Source: Naegleria gruberi (Eukaryota). Taken from it: a stretch of DNA of 64,000 nucleotides. A program made the translations under genes and the position numbers. The notes under the pieces are model-generated. The model was not told where the DNA came from. It did not search any database and saw only the letters and a program-made list of their open reading frames with translations. Every line of letters begins with the position of its first letter. Within the stretch, counting starts at the first letter, position 1. The DNA lies in the NCBI GenBank assembly GCA_000004985.1, contig GG738884.1; one strand, written 5' to 3'. This document shows positions 1-10,213 of the stretch, in pieces.

Positions 1-447
1 TTAGTTTCCTTATCACTTTCAACGGCTCCACTCTCAATGTACTCCTTCACTCAAACTAAACTAGCCTCAACTCTTGCCAGAATCGCCTTAATTAATTCCA
101 ACAGTGCCTCTGCTATAGCTGTTGCCAATTTGACATTACCAATTGAATTCAATCTCCAACTTGGTGGTCCTGTAGAAAATGGAAAGACACCAAAATGCAA
201 ATACTTTAACGAAGTTTCTAATTCCTTCACCACTGATGGCATTGAAACTATTGTCATCTCTTCAAGTGAAATCAAGTGTAGAGTTACTCACTTGACTGAT
301 TTTGCAATTGTTCCAGAAACAAGTGGAACACCAACAAGTTCTGGTTCAGTGGTCAAGCCAAAGGATACTATTTCAGAAGGAAGTTCAGTTTCTGCAACTC
401 TTGTTACATTATTAGTTGCTATTTTCTCAATGTTTTTCATGTTTTAA
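1..447 (+). CDS. C-terminal fragment of a secreted or surface protein. The reading frame is open from nt 1, so the 5' part lies outside the window. It ends with a Ser-rich spacer plus a hydrophobic tail (SATLVTLLVAIFSMFFMF), consistent with a GPI-anchor signal.
   Basis: ORF 37..447 stays open back to position 1. The hydrophobic C-terminus preceded by small residues is a typical omega-site plus GPI signal. No domain was recognised. Confidence 0.4.
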   Translation, partial: LVSLSLSTAPLSMYSFTQTKLASTLARIALINSNSASAIAVANLTLPIEFNLQLGGPVENGKTPKCKYFNEVSNSFTTDGIETIVISSSEIKCRVTHLTDFAIVPETSGTPTSSGSVVKPKDTISEGSSVSATLVTLLVAIFSMFFMF

Positions 448-553
448 AACATTCACTTATAAATAAAAATATAATAAATTGTAATAACATTATTTGAACT
501 GCGAACAAGTTTACAATTAAATTAGGAACTTGAAAAAAATCAATCAAAAAAAA

Positions 554-1595
554 ATGCAGCAAGCAATTTCGCACGATTTGATAACAGCAGAAAGTAGAGG
601 AGTGATTTTGGATGTCAATGAAACATCCTCTCCCTCACAAATTACAATTCAAGATGATTCCAATGATTATACTAAAATTGATTTGAAAATTGAAACCAAG
701 TCCGATAGTCAATTAGTTCGTTTTGTAGTTTTATCGGATACTCATAGATGTCAGGGTATTTACGACTATTGGTATGATGAGAAAAATAGAAGAGATAGTT
801 TGGATTCCATTGAGGAAAAAGAGAATAGAGAATTTATCAAATTACCGAAAGGAGATTATTTGTTACATTGTGGAGATTTTACAAATTATTGTTTACCGAG
901 TAGGTTTGAAAAGTTTTTAGTGGAATTCTCACACAAAAAGATGAATTGAGTGAATTTAATACATTTCTTGGAAAAATTAAACATCGTTACAAACAAATTA
1001 TTGTAATTCCTGGAAATGTAAGTGAATGCTGAAATATTTTGATATTTACAATTTGACTATTTAAACAGCATGAATTTGTAGGTATTTTTGAAAAATTAAA
1101 ATGTTTAGATGACTCTATTAGTGTGCTGATATGTGTTCTTTATTTTTGTACAATGCAACTGTATTGTTGAATGATTTTTTAGAGCTAGAAGATGGGAAGA
1201 TTACAATATTTGGATCAAGATTTAAATCATTTTGGATGAATTGGAAAATGACTGGATATGACTCTGACGCACAAAGTGACTGGTCAACTCTGACAAAACC
1301 AGTTCTCAAAGGTGAAAAAAAAGTTGACATTCTCATGACTCATCAACCACCTTATTTCAAGGAAATTTCAAATAGATTTTTCAGACGTGGAAGTAAATCT
1401 CTTAGAGAGGCCATAGAAACTGTCAAGCCAACCATAAACTTGTTCGGCCACAATCACGATATTTATGGAGTAAAGTATTCGTCAGATTATGATTTGAAAA
1501 ATCAAATTGACACAACCTTTATAAGTGCTTGCTCTTTGGATTCCCATGAAAACGCAAGAAAAGTAATAGTATTCGATTATCCAATAAATAAATAA
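554..1595 (+). CDS. Calcineurin-like metallophosphoesterase, multi-exon. Approximate exons are 554..899, 941..1017, 1069..~1120 and ~1183..1595.
   Basis: Motifs RFVVLSDTH, LLHCGDFT and GNHE appear in successive exons joined by micro-introns of 41, 51 and about 62 nt (GTAGGT...AAAAAG; GTAAGT...AAACAG). The real ATG is at 554; the track start at 530 is TTG. The third junction is unresolved and may hide a frameshift. Confidence 0.55.
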
Positions 1596-1619
1596 TAATA
1601 CAATAATTTACAATTTATC

Positions 1620-3687
1620 TTAATCAAATAATCCAGAACTTCCTATCAAAGCTGGGGTTGAAGGAGAAAGTGGTTCCTCTACAACTGTACTGTCCATAGT
1701 TTTCTTTTCCTTTTCATATTCTGATTGAGAAATAATGACTCTAACAAGTTCAACATAACCATCTCCATTATTAGAATCAGGAGTACCTTCTTGTTTAACT
1801 CCTTCATTGTAAGAATAAGCTGCATGAGTAACATAGTGAACTCCATAGTTATTTTGAGGTGTACATTCACCACCACCAAAACCACCTCCTCCACCACCTT
1901 AATTGTCCAATAACACAAATAAAAATTGAAAATAATTGTTAAACTATAAAATTGAAAATGATGCTTACCTTCATACAAGCTACCACCTCCACCACCAAAA
2001 CCACCATTAGCTCCACAAGCATTACTGAAAGTTCCACCTTCACCACCATTCTTGAAACTCTTTCCACCAACACATTGATCGCCAGCACCTCCATCAATAA
2101 ACAAACCACCACCGCCACCGCCTCTGTCACCTTTAGCTGCCTTTTGACTTCTTGCTTCGGCTGGTCCTTTCGTATACACTTGTCCTCCCTTAATTAATGT
2201 TAATTTAAAAAACTCATTCCAAAATCATCATCTACTTACTGGTGATTGAACAGTCCAACTATACCAGTTGGCACCGTTACCTCCACCTCCAATAATAAGA
2301 GGCTTCATAGTATCACTATCAACAACAAAAGTACCACCACCACCTAATTGACCAACTTTTAACAAATCAAAATTGAAAATAATACTTACCACCTCCAGCG
2401 CCACATGAACTACCATTTGTACAGTCGCCACCAACTTGACCTACAAGAATGCTCAATTCTCTGCCTCTCTTCAAGTGAAAGACACCACTGACAATAGCTC
2501 CATATCCTTCTCTGAAAGTTGTAGTATATGTATTTTTACCACCTCTTGCACCAGCTGCAGTAATTTTGTAAAATCCAGTTGCTGGAACAACCCATTTTTG
2601 AATACCATTCTCCAATTTAACCTTATTCTTTAAGAATTTACAACTATCATATTGTGAGCCAATAACTGTTGGTCCGTTTTTGCCTGTAGCACCCAAGTTT
2701 GTAAACTTGATTGACATTCCTTTTGGAAGAAAGTCATATAATACACAATCTCTTTCACGAAAATTCTTATCTTCCTTATTCTCAATCATTGCAGGATTCA
2801 AATTGAATCTCATGGCTTCATAAAGCTTTGGGAAAATGACATCTCTCTTGGAAACCAAAAGTGGATGGGAATCAACTGTCGCCAAGACCTCTCCTTCAAC
2901 AATTGGGAATCTGATTTCACCCAAGAAATAGTCCAAATATTGCAATCTATTTTCCTTATCGTGCTCAATCCATCTCATCAAGGACTTGAATAAATTTCCT
3001 TCACTGCAAATGAGTTCCTTTCCAGCAAGCATGATCTTCAAGTCTTCAATTGGTAATTTAACAAAATGTTGACTTTCACAAACAGTATCAAAATCAGCAG
3101 AAATCTTAGTAAGAAGAGTCTTCTTTAAAGAGTTGATTTCTTTAAATTCTTCTAGGTATTGTGAGCAATTTTCCAAAAGAAGGAATGAAGAATCAGCATC
3201 AACAGCAGCATTTCTCATAATTTCAAGAGTCATCTCCTCAATTTCTTGCATTCCATAGGTATGAGCAAAAGTATACAAATCAATAAATTTATCCATTGTA
3301 TAATCTTTTGTGCAACCAAAATACACAACCTTTAAGAAAATTTCCAATCCAAGATCAGTCACCTGTGGCAACACAAGCTCCTTGCCAATCTCGAATTCTG
3401 GAACAAAAAGAAGTTCCTTGAGTTTTGTACTCCATTTTCCTACCTATGAACCATCATGATGTTCGGATCACACAATTAATATTACAATAACATACCAATG
3501 CTCTAAGAGCAGGAAATCTCTTTCCATTCTTACTGATCAATACGCAATCAGAAGCCTCTTCATCCAAATACAAGGATGAAATCATCGACAAGGTTTTTTC
3601 TGTACATTCAATGTAGGCCTCCTCGTCAATGGCTGTCTTTTGCACAGCACCACCACCACTAGAAGAAGAGCTAGATAATGACAACAT
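1620..3687 (-). CDS. BTB/POZ-BACK protein with a C-terminal ALK/LTK-type glycine-rich domain (GRD). Five exons on the minus strand: 3496..3687, 2390..3443, 2240..2355, 1969..2188, 1620..1897.
   Basis: The BTB core reads DCVLISKNGKRFPALRAL|VGKWSTKLKELLFVPEF across a 52-nt intron, followed by a BACK-like helical region. Then ITAAGARGG...GAIVSGVFHLKRGRELSILVGQVGG, GGGGTFVVDSDTMKPLIIGGGGNGANWY, GGFGGGGGSLYEG and ...GDGYVELVRV match the ALK glycine-rich domain signature (human ALK: ISGYGAAGGKGG...LYILVGQQGE...GGGGGGGGATYVF...PLIIAAGGGG...GGFGGGGGGC...GGGGGGYIGG). Introns are 34, 51 and 71 nt, all GTAAGT or GTATGT donors, and sit in phase 1 inside Gly codons. Confidence 0.7.
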
Positions 3688-3696
3688 TTTTTCTGA

Positions 3697-3708
3697 TCCG
3701 CGCGAAAA
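3697..3708. promoter_or_regulatory. E2F-like site CCGCGCGAAAA (reverse complement TTTTCGCGCGG) in the divergent promoter between the BTB-GRD gene and the F-box gene.
   Basis: A perfect TTTCGCGC core sits about 10 bp upstream of the ATG of the minus-strand gene. GC-rich octamers are rare in this roughly 65% AT sequence. Confidence 0.35.
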
Positions 3709-3964
3709 TTAGTAGAACAGATAGAGTTGTTTTTTTTGATTAAAATTTTTAAAAATAATTTGTGATGATCAAGTTCATCTATGCATACTGGAAAGATAAA
3801 AACTTTTACAAAATTCAATATTGAAAGGAACTTGATGAGAGATTTTATTTAAAGGTCTTCAACGTTTGTTGATGAGAACAAACAGCAAATTCCTTTTCGT
3901 AATGAACTTTGTAAGTTAAAGAGAACTTGAGAGAAAATACAAATAATTTTCATTCATAAAAAAA

Positions 3965-4531
3965 ATGGGAAATAGTCAACTAAGAGAACCAAAAAGAACC
4001 GCTCACACTATTGTTGAAGAAGATTTACAAGTGGTATTGAAAGAACAGAATATTATTGAACCACATAACTATTCGAATCAAAACTATTATGACAGTGATT
4101 CAGAAGAATCAAGTTTGTCAACCTGTGGTTCCAACTATGAATATGTTGATCTTTCAGAATTTTGGAATCTTCCTACTGAAATTCAACTTTACACAATGAC
4201 ATTTCTTCCATTGAACAATTTTTCTCGAATTATTCGGGTGTCCAAATCACTTTCCAAAAACTTATTGGAATACAATGAATTATTTACCATATACTATTTG
4301 AATGATTTCAGACCAAGAGCGATTCAAGAAAGAAAATCCTGGGTTTCTTATAGCTGGCGAGATGATCCCCCAGAAAATGACTCTGCTCTCTTTCACCTTC
4401 CTCAATCAATTGATTCTTCTCAGTATTTTCAATCTTTAGGATTTTATGGAACTTTGAAAATTATTGTGGTTGAACATGTTAATGAGAGGAAAAGGAGACG
4501 AAAGCGGGCTAACATGCCACAACCAATGTAA
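3965..4531 (+). CDS. Small F-box-like protein with an N-terminal MGNSQ (possible N-myristoylation) motif.
   Basis: ORF of 188 aa. LPTEIQLYTMTFLPLNNFSRIIRVSKSL resembles an F-box, and a basic C-terminus (RKRRRKR) follows. Confidence 0.4.
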   Translation: MGNSQLREPKRTAHTIVEEDLQVVLKEQNIIEPHNYSNQNYYDSDSEESSLSTCGSNYEYVDLSEFWNLPTEIQLYTMTFLPLNNFSRIIRVSKSLSKNLLEYNELFTIYYLNDFRPRAIQERKSWVSYSWRDDPPENDSALFHLPQSIDSSQYFQSLGFYGTLKIIVVEHVNERKRRRKRANMPQPM

Positions 4532-4626
4532 CTCAGTTTCAAATAATATACAAATTCATAAATGGATTATCTTGAACAGCTTACACATACGCCATTGACT
4601 TGTCTATTAGAAAACAAAGAATTCTT

Positions 4627-5890
4627 TCATGATATTGAGAAGAGTTGGTTTCTAAAATGATCCGCATTGAGAAAGAAGGACAATGTGTTGGAAAAATCAG
4701 AGAATGTACAATGATTATTCAAAGTTTCAAGTAAACAAGTTGGTGTTGGTCTTTTGTTCGATTTTTGAATTAACATTTGAGGAAGAATTTCATGCAAGAG
4801 ACAACTTTTCATTTCCTTATCCACAGAGCTCATATTAGAATTAATAATTCCATCTTGTTGAGCTTGTTGCAAGTGTTGTTGCACTTGAGATGGATCTTCC
4901 AAGCCGTCAAGTCTCTTTTGATGTAAAAGTTCAAGAATGACCAATCCTAGAGAGTAAATATCAGATCTTGGAGAAATAATGAGGGAATTAATTCTTTCTT
5001 GTTGAAAGTGAAAGGCTGTCACTTCCTTCAATAGAAATGACAGGTGTTGCATAATTCAACTTTTGGAATGTGACTTGCTTAGATGAGGATGTTTTCAAAA
5101 TTTGGCTTCTAGTTGTCAATTTGAAAGTATGACTTCCAGCATTTATACTGTCATAGGTGATTGACAGTTTGCTTGAATTATTGTTTGGAAGTGTCATCAT
5201 GTTGGAAGATACAATTTCCCATTTATAGGAAATTTGTTTTCCATCTGTGGAATAACTTTCACTTGCATCCAATAGAATATTTTCACAACTTGAATATGGA
5301 GGTCTATATCCTCTAGAAAATCTTTCACATCTCAATTTACCATTGTTGCAATCGAAGTATTTTCCACGTTTCAGTTTGAATGACTTTGACAGTTCATAAT
5401 CTATAAGAAACCAATGTCCATCATATAGGACAATATTATCTGGTTTGATATCATTGTGTGTAATATTTCCTCTTTCCAATAATACAAGTGTGCCAAGTAA
5501 ATCTTTCACAAATTGAAAAATGTCAACTTGGTCAACTTGCCCATTTCTTAACATTGTTCCCAAACATGTTCCTTTCAGTGTGAAGCAATAATCTGGATTA
5601 TCACTAGGTAAATATAAACTCAAAATTGATTTTACTCCTTCATGTTGCTTCACTCTTTTGACAATACAGTCCACATTATTAATTTTGCATGATAGAAGAG
5701 ATTTACCTCTCGATTCATAAAACACGTTGTAATCCATTACTTTGTATGTGATATTGTAAATATTTGCAACAGTAGGAAAGTTGCGAATTGTTACTTCTTG
5801 CAGTTTCTTCTTGTTTATGTTTCCCAACATTCGATCTTCATTGCACTCAACCATGTCCAACTCCAGCACTGAATCCAAAGATCGTTTCAT
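4627..5890 (-). CDS. Atypical protein kinase-like protein, probably a pseudokinase. It has two exons, with the junction near 5000-5050 unresolved.
   Basis: Kinase subdomains are present: CIVKRVK (VAIK-like), HNDIKPDNIVL (HRD replaced by HND), DYE in place of DFG, then EVTAFHFQQE...SDIYSLGLVILELL (subdomains VIII-IX) in a second frame that opens right after a TGA. There is no glycine-rich loop. A 49-nt intron ending ...TTCTATTGAAG is the most likely join. Confidence 0.45.
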
Positions 5891-6014
5891 TGTTTTTTTT
5901 ATTGCTGAGAATCCTATGGATTTCCTTCGTTTGAATGAAACTGTAAGATAAAAGAGCTATTGCTCTGTACAATGTGATGAACTATTTTTCACAAATATTA
6001 GTGAATTTAATATT

Positions 6015-6620
6015 TTACATGGTCAAACATTTATGTTCTCGAATATTTGTTGTTGTGGAGTTTAAATATTTTACATCTTTTTGAATAATTTCTTTAAATA
6101 GTAATTTTAAATCAGTTTGGTTTTCATGATAATATTCAATTAAATTAATATTAATTTCATTTTTAAATTTTTCAACCATTTCCTCCAAATTATTATTATT
6201 AATTAAATCAATCTTATTTAATGTAAATACAATTGGAATGTCATTTGATTCTTTAATATTTAATATTTGTTCGATCATAAATTTTAAACTGTTAATCGAC
6301 TTGAAATCAAATACATCACAAACAAGTATAAAACATTTACTGGATCGAATACATTGATCTATTTATATTAGATATATAATAATAAAATATATTGACTTAC
6401 ATCTCAATGCTGAATATTCCTCTGCCCCATCTATTTTCAATATTTAATATATTTCTATTCTAAATGTATTTTCATCAACTAGTATATATTTCGCATAATC
6501 ATCTACACATGATAGATCATAGCATAACATATTTCTAAAATTGAAACACAATTGATGTTTTACCTAATTTGTAATTTAATAATTTAAATTTGGTACAACA
6601 TTTATTGGCAATCATCTTGT
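6015..6620 (-). CDS. Ras-superfamily small GTPase-like gene with degenerate G1/G3 motifs, multi-exon, possibly a pseudogene.
   Basis: The terminal exon (to 6015) encodes KCFILVCDVFDFKSINSLKFMIEQILNIKESNDIPIVFTLNKIDL (G4 NKxD). Upstream exons encode YDLSCVDDYAKYILVDENTFRIEI and IDGAEEYSALR (DTAGQE replaced by DGAEE) with GTAAGT introns. The putative first exon lacks the GxxxxGK[ST] P-loop. Reading through requires at least two frame disruptions. Confidence 0.35.
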
Positions 6621-6795
6621 TGTTATTCCCCTTGCGCATTTTTTTGTGGTTTCGTTTCAAAGTTTAAGTTTAATAACCATGCCACATTCTTTTCAAAAAA
6701 TCACTATTACTCAATTATTTAAAGGAAATGAAACATTTGATAATTCTAAAGAACAATGCGTTTTTGAAGTTTAAGTTAATCAAAAGTAAAAAAAA

Positions 6796-7853
6796 ATGGA
6801 CGTAATTGGTCAGGACTGTATGTTGGAAATTGCTGGATTTCTATGCACTTCCGATGCTTTACACCTTTTACAAATTAATTCTGTATGGTATGTAATATTA
6901 CATATGTTTAAAATTATATTAATATTTAAAGGCATGAATTGGTAAAATCAGATTTATTTTGGAAGATTATTTATCATCAAATGATGACTAAAAGATTACA
7001 AAGTGAGACAAGAAAGAATTGTAAGATAAGACTTGAACAATTGATTCAAAAACATATCGGAAAGAGTAAGAATATGTATAAGAGACCATGTGTCAAGGAC
7101 GGAGAATTAGTATTCTTGAAAATTCTCAAAAAGGAGATTGACAGTAAAAGGTTTAGAAATCGTGCTGAAACCCTTAACAAGCTGTTAGTTACAAATGTTA
7201 ACTATTATACTGATGATAAAATAGCGATTGGTTGCCTCAAGAATATTTGGAACGGAATTCAGAATGGAATAAGACCTATGATAGCTGCTTACAATCTCTT
7301 GGGAAAAAAACACCCAATCTCTGTAAGATTATCTGAAAAAATTAGATACCGTTTCCAAAGTGATATACACTATTCACAGATACAAATTAATTACTATCAC
7401 AATCCAAAAAAACTTGTAGACGCCATTTATGAGCTACTTAATACTGTTGGAGCAGACCTGATTGAAATTGATGATATGATTGCCTTGTCAATTTTAGAGC
7501 TTGCTCACCAATTTAAACAAACAGATTTATTCAAAAAGGCATTGAGCAAAATTGTAGAATTTGGATTAAGCTCTTATGGTATTGCACATCTTGAATCAAC
7601 AGATAAGAGCAAAATCTTTTTAACTTTAGTGACAGATAAGCCATTTGAGTGTTTACATCTCGATCAGTTTTTAAAGTTGATAATCTCATGTTTTGAGAGC
7701 AAGGCTAAAGCCATTGAACATCTTTCTAGTGAATTAGGTACATGCAATTGGAGCACAATTACTGCTGAAAAGTTGCATTTTTTGTTGGAGAATGGTTTCT
7801 CAATAATACCACCTATTAACCATCAGCAACAACAACATGGTGAATCTAAATAG
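6796..7853 (+). CDS. F-box protein with two exons: 6796..6887 and 6932..7853.
   Basis: Exon 1 (MDVIGQDCMLEIAGFLCTSDALHLLQINSVW) joins through a 44-nt GTATGT...TTTAAAG intron to HELVKSDLFWKIIY. This is a canonical F-box (LxxEIxxxIFxxL...W...LW). The remaining 300 aa are helical with no further call. Confidence 0.5.
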
Positions 7854-7915
7854 GCATTTTCGAATTAAATAATAAAACGTAACGCTTTTTCTCAAAATCT
7901 TAACGTTACACAAAC

Positions 7916-7927
7916 TGGCGCCAAAAA
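7916..7927. promoter_or_regulatory. E2F-like site TGGCGCCAAAAA (reverse complement TTTTTGGCGCCA) upstream of the Q-rich coiled-coil gene.
   Basis: The TTTGGCGC core lies in the 190-bp spacer between genes. Confidence 0.3.
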
Positions 7928-8346
7928 TTTGAAAAGAATCAAAAAAAAAGTGAGAACAACAACAGCTGGAAGAGGCTAAACCACATTTTGTTGCACTTTA
8001 CTCTCGAGAGAACAATTACCAACAACAATCACAACAAGACAATATATGAACCATCAATTTTCTCATCCTTCCTCCCTGAAGAATACAAATAATAATAACC
8101 TGATACGAGCACCCTTCCTTTCACCTCCATCCAAAATAACACAACCAAAAACACATATTGATACTCCCGTGGTCACCCAGAGAACAATGTTCAATAATAA
8201 TCATCAACAGCATCACTCCTCACTACCATCAGGAACACAGGATGATAGTGTATTAAATAACAGAGACCGTTTACGAAGACAACACCTGAATAGACATAAT
8301 ATGCCCTCCACACCAACACTTGGAAAATCCAATCACTTTCAAGAGA

Positions 8347-10164
8347 ATGCCAATCCAACAACAACAACCTGGACAACCTGGTACTTCATTCACAATAGAA
8401 TTATCTACAGCACCAAAGAAAGGTCCACCACAACACTTGTTAGAACGTTTAAGTAAAAAGACAAGTGTAGCAAAGAGTGTCAAGGATTCCGAAATGGGTG
8501 ATGGAAACAATACACAAATGCAACAACCAGCCACAACAACAGCAGCAACTACTACTGGTAGTGCTAATAACACTGCAATCACAGCCAATCAGAGAAGACA
8601 AACTATTTTGGAATTCCAAAAGAGAAAGAGTACAACAGCAACAACTCTTAAAAATTCCCTCAATAAGCCAACACAAACTAATCCTCCTAATTTAACATAC
8701 ACTACCTTTGATACAAATGGTCTGACATTGGACGATGATTTGGAAATTGGATTTGAGAAATCTGGGTCTCCTATTGTTTCATTGAATGGATTGAATAGAG
8801 CCAGTCAGCCTTCTCCAAATAATTTTGCTTTTGGAGCTCAACAAAATGTAAATAGTCAACCAAACATTCCTGCTCAACAAGGTTTCCAACAACCACAACA
8901 ATTTGGTGGGTTCAATCAACAACAAGAGAATAATCAACCAAACCCTCAATGGCAAATTGAACAACAACAATTAGAACAACAGCAACGAGTGGCAGAACAA
9001 CAAAAGCTTGAACAGCAACAATTGGAGCAACAGAGAATGACAGAACAGCAAAGAGTTGCTGCTGAGCAACTCCTTCAACAACAACAATTGGAACAACAGA
9101 GAATGGCTGAGCAACAACGTTTAAGGGATCAGCAACAACAGCAACAATTGGATCAACTCAATGAGCAACAACGTGCTGCAGCAGAGCAACAAATTCTTCA
9201 ACAAAAGCAAATGGAACAACAAAGAATGCTAGATCAGCAACGTATTGAACAAGAAAAGCTTCAACAACAATTTGCTGAGCAACAACGTAATGCAGAACAG
9301 CAAAGAATTGCTGCCGAGCAACAACATTTGCTTCAACAACAACAAATGTGGCAAGCTCAACAAGTTTCCCATCAACCTCAACCTCAATCTCAAATGCAAT
9401 ATATTCCAGTTTACCAAACTGTTCCATCTGAAGAAGTTCAAAGAATGATTCATGAAGTGCAACGTCAACAGGCTGAATTCGAAAGACAAAGACAAGCCCA
9501 GATGGAAATAATTCAAAGAGAAAGAGCTGAACTTGAACTGGGAAGGGAATTGTTGAGGAGACAACAACTTGAACTCCAAGCCAAATTGAATGAAGTTGAT
9601 CAAATCAAGATGGGATTACCTCCATCAACTGAAAGAAGAAACTCGATCGATGCTCGTAGAAATGAAGTAGAAGCCAACAGAAATATCAAAAGAACAGCTC
9701 AAAGACAAGAGATTATTAAATCAAAGAGAGAACTTAACTTGCTTAATGTTGACAAATTGTCGAGAACCTCAAGAGAAATCAAGAGAGAAGAAAGAGAAGA
9801 AGAAAAGAAGAGAACTAGATCCATGTTACCAGAAGGCATTTTCTCACCACCAAGAGCCAAACCAACACTCTCAAGGCCATCCATGTATGGTTCAAGAACC
9901 ACTCCATCCTCCGTTACTAAATCAGATATCAGCACTGGTAGAAAAACAATTGAGACACCAACTTCTCTATACAGCCCTGCATCCTCAATGAGGGGAAGTA
10001 TTAGATCGAGTGTTTCGACATCTAAGTCCAACTCTAGGGAAATGGCTTCTCCATCAAACCAATTGAGTAAGAGAAAGCAAATGGTTTTGGAAAAGACAAG
10101 AAGAAAAGCAGAAGAATTTTCTCGTAAATCAACATCCAATAATAATACTCCATGTCAACATTAA
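8347..10164 (+). CDS. Gln-rich coiled-coil protein of about 606 aa. It may carry an N-terminal extension from the overlapping ORF 8046..8456 in another frame.
   Basis: First real ATG in the long ORF is at 8347. There are about 9 imperfect QQLEQQRMAEQQR-type repeats (8940-9400), then charged coiled coil and an S/T/R-rich tail. Upstream ORF 8046..8456 (MNHQF...) overlaps by 110 nt in a different frame. Confidence 0.5.
   Translation: MPIQQQQPGQPGTSFTIELSTAPKKGPPQHLLERLSKKTSVAKSVKDSEMGDGNNTQMQQPATTTAATTTGSANNTAITANQRRQTILEFQKRKSTTATTLKNSLNKPTQTNPPNLTYTTFDTNGLTLDDDLEIGFEKSGSPIVSLNGLNRASQPSPNNFAFGAQQNVNSQPNIPAQQGFQQPQQFGGFNQQQENNQPNPQWQIEQQQLEQQQRVAEQQKLEQQQLEQQRMTEQQRVAAEQLLQQQQLEQQRMAEQQRLRDQQQQQQLDQLNEQQRAAAEQQILQQKQMEQQRMLDQQRIEQEKLQQQFAEQQRNAEQQRIAAEQQHLLQQQQMWQAQQVSHQPQPQSQMQYIPVYQTVPSEEVQRMIHEVQRQQAEFERQRQAQMEIIQRERAELELGRELLRRQQLELQAKLNEVDQIKMGLPPSTERRNSIDARRNEVEANRNIKRTAQRQEIIKSKRELNLLNVDKLSRTSREIKREEREEEKKRTRSMLPEGIFSPPRAKPTLSRPSMYGSRTTPSSVTKSDISTGRKTIETPTSLYSPASSMRGSIRSSVSTSKSNSREMASPSNQLSKRKQMVLEKTRRKAEEFSRKSTSNNNTPCQH
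8940..9400 (+). repeat. Imperfect tandem coding repeat (about 39-45 nt unit) encoding Q-L-E-Q-Q-R-M/V-A-E-Q-Q.
   Basis: Repeated caacaacaattggaacaacagagaatg(a/g)ctgagcaacaacg units are visible directly in the sequence. Confidence 0.5.
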
Positions 10165-10213
10165 TTTATTGACATATGATAAAATTATTTGTACTATTTC
10201 AAATTTCAAATTT

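Noticed and set aside
1679-2179. ORF-track protein MYTKGP...LWTVQL read as a single 166-aa gene
   Set aside because: Only the first 74 codons are exon 4 of the BTB-GRD gene. The remainder is read-through of a 71-nt intron and out-of-frame exon 5. The product tail KHHFQFYSLTIIFNF is translated intron.
8191-9603. Minus-strand ORFs 8191..8376, 8271..8588, 8449..8676, 9158..9427, 9229..9603 and plus-strand 9245..9448 inside the Q-rich gene
   Set aside because: These are codon-shadow ORFs produced by the CAA/CAG-rich repeat (its reverse complement, TTG/CTG-rich, is also stop-poor). The sense-strand gene explains the region.
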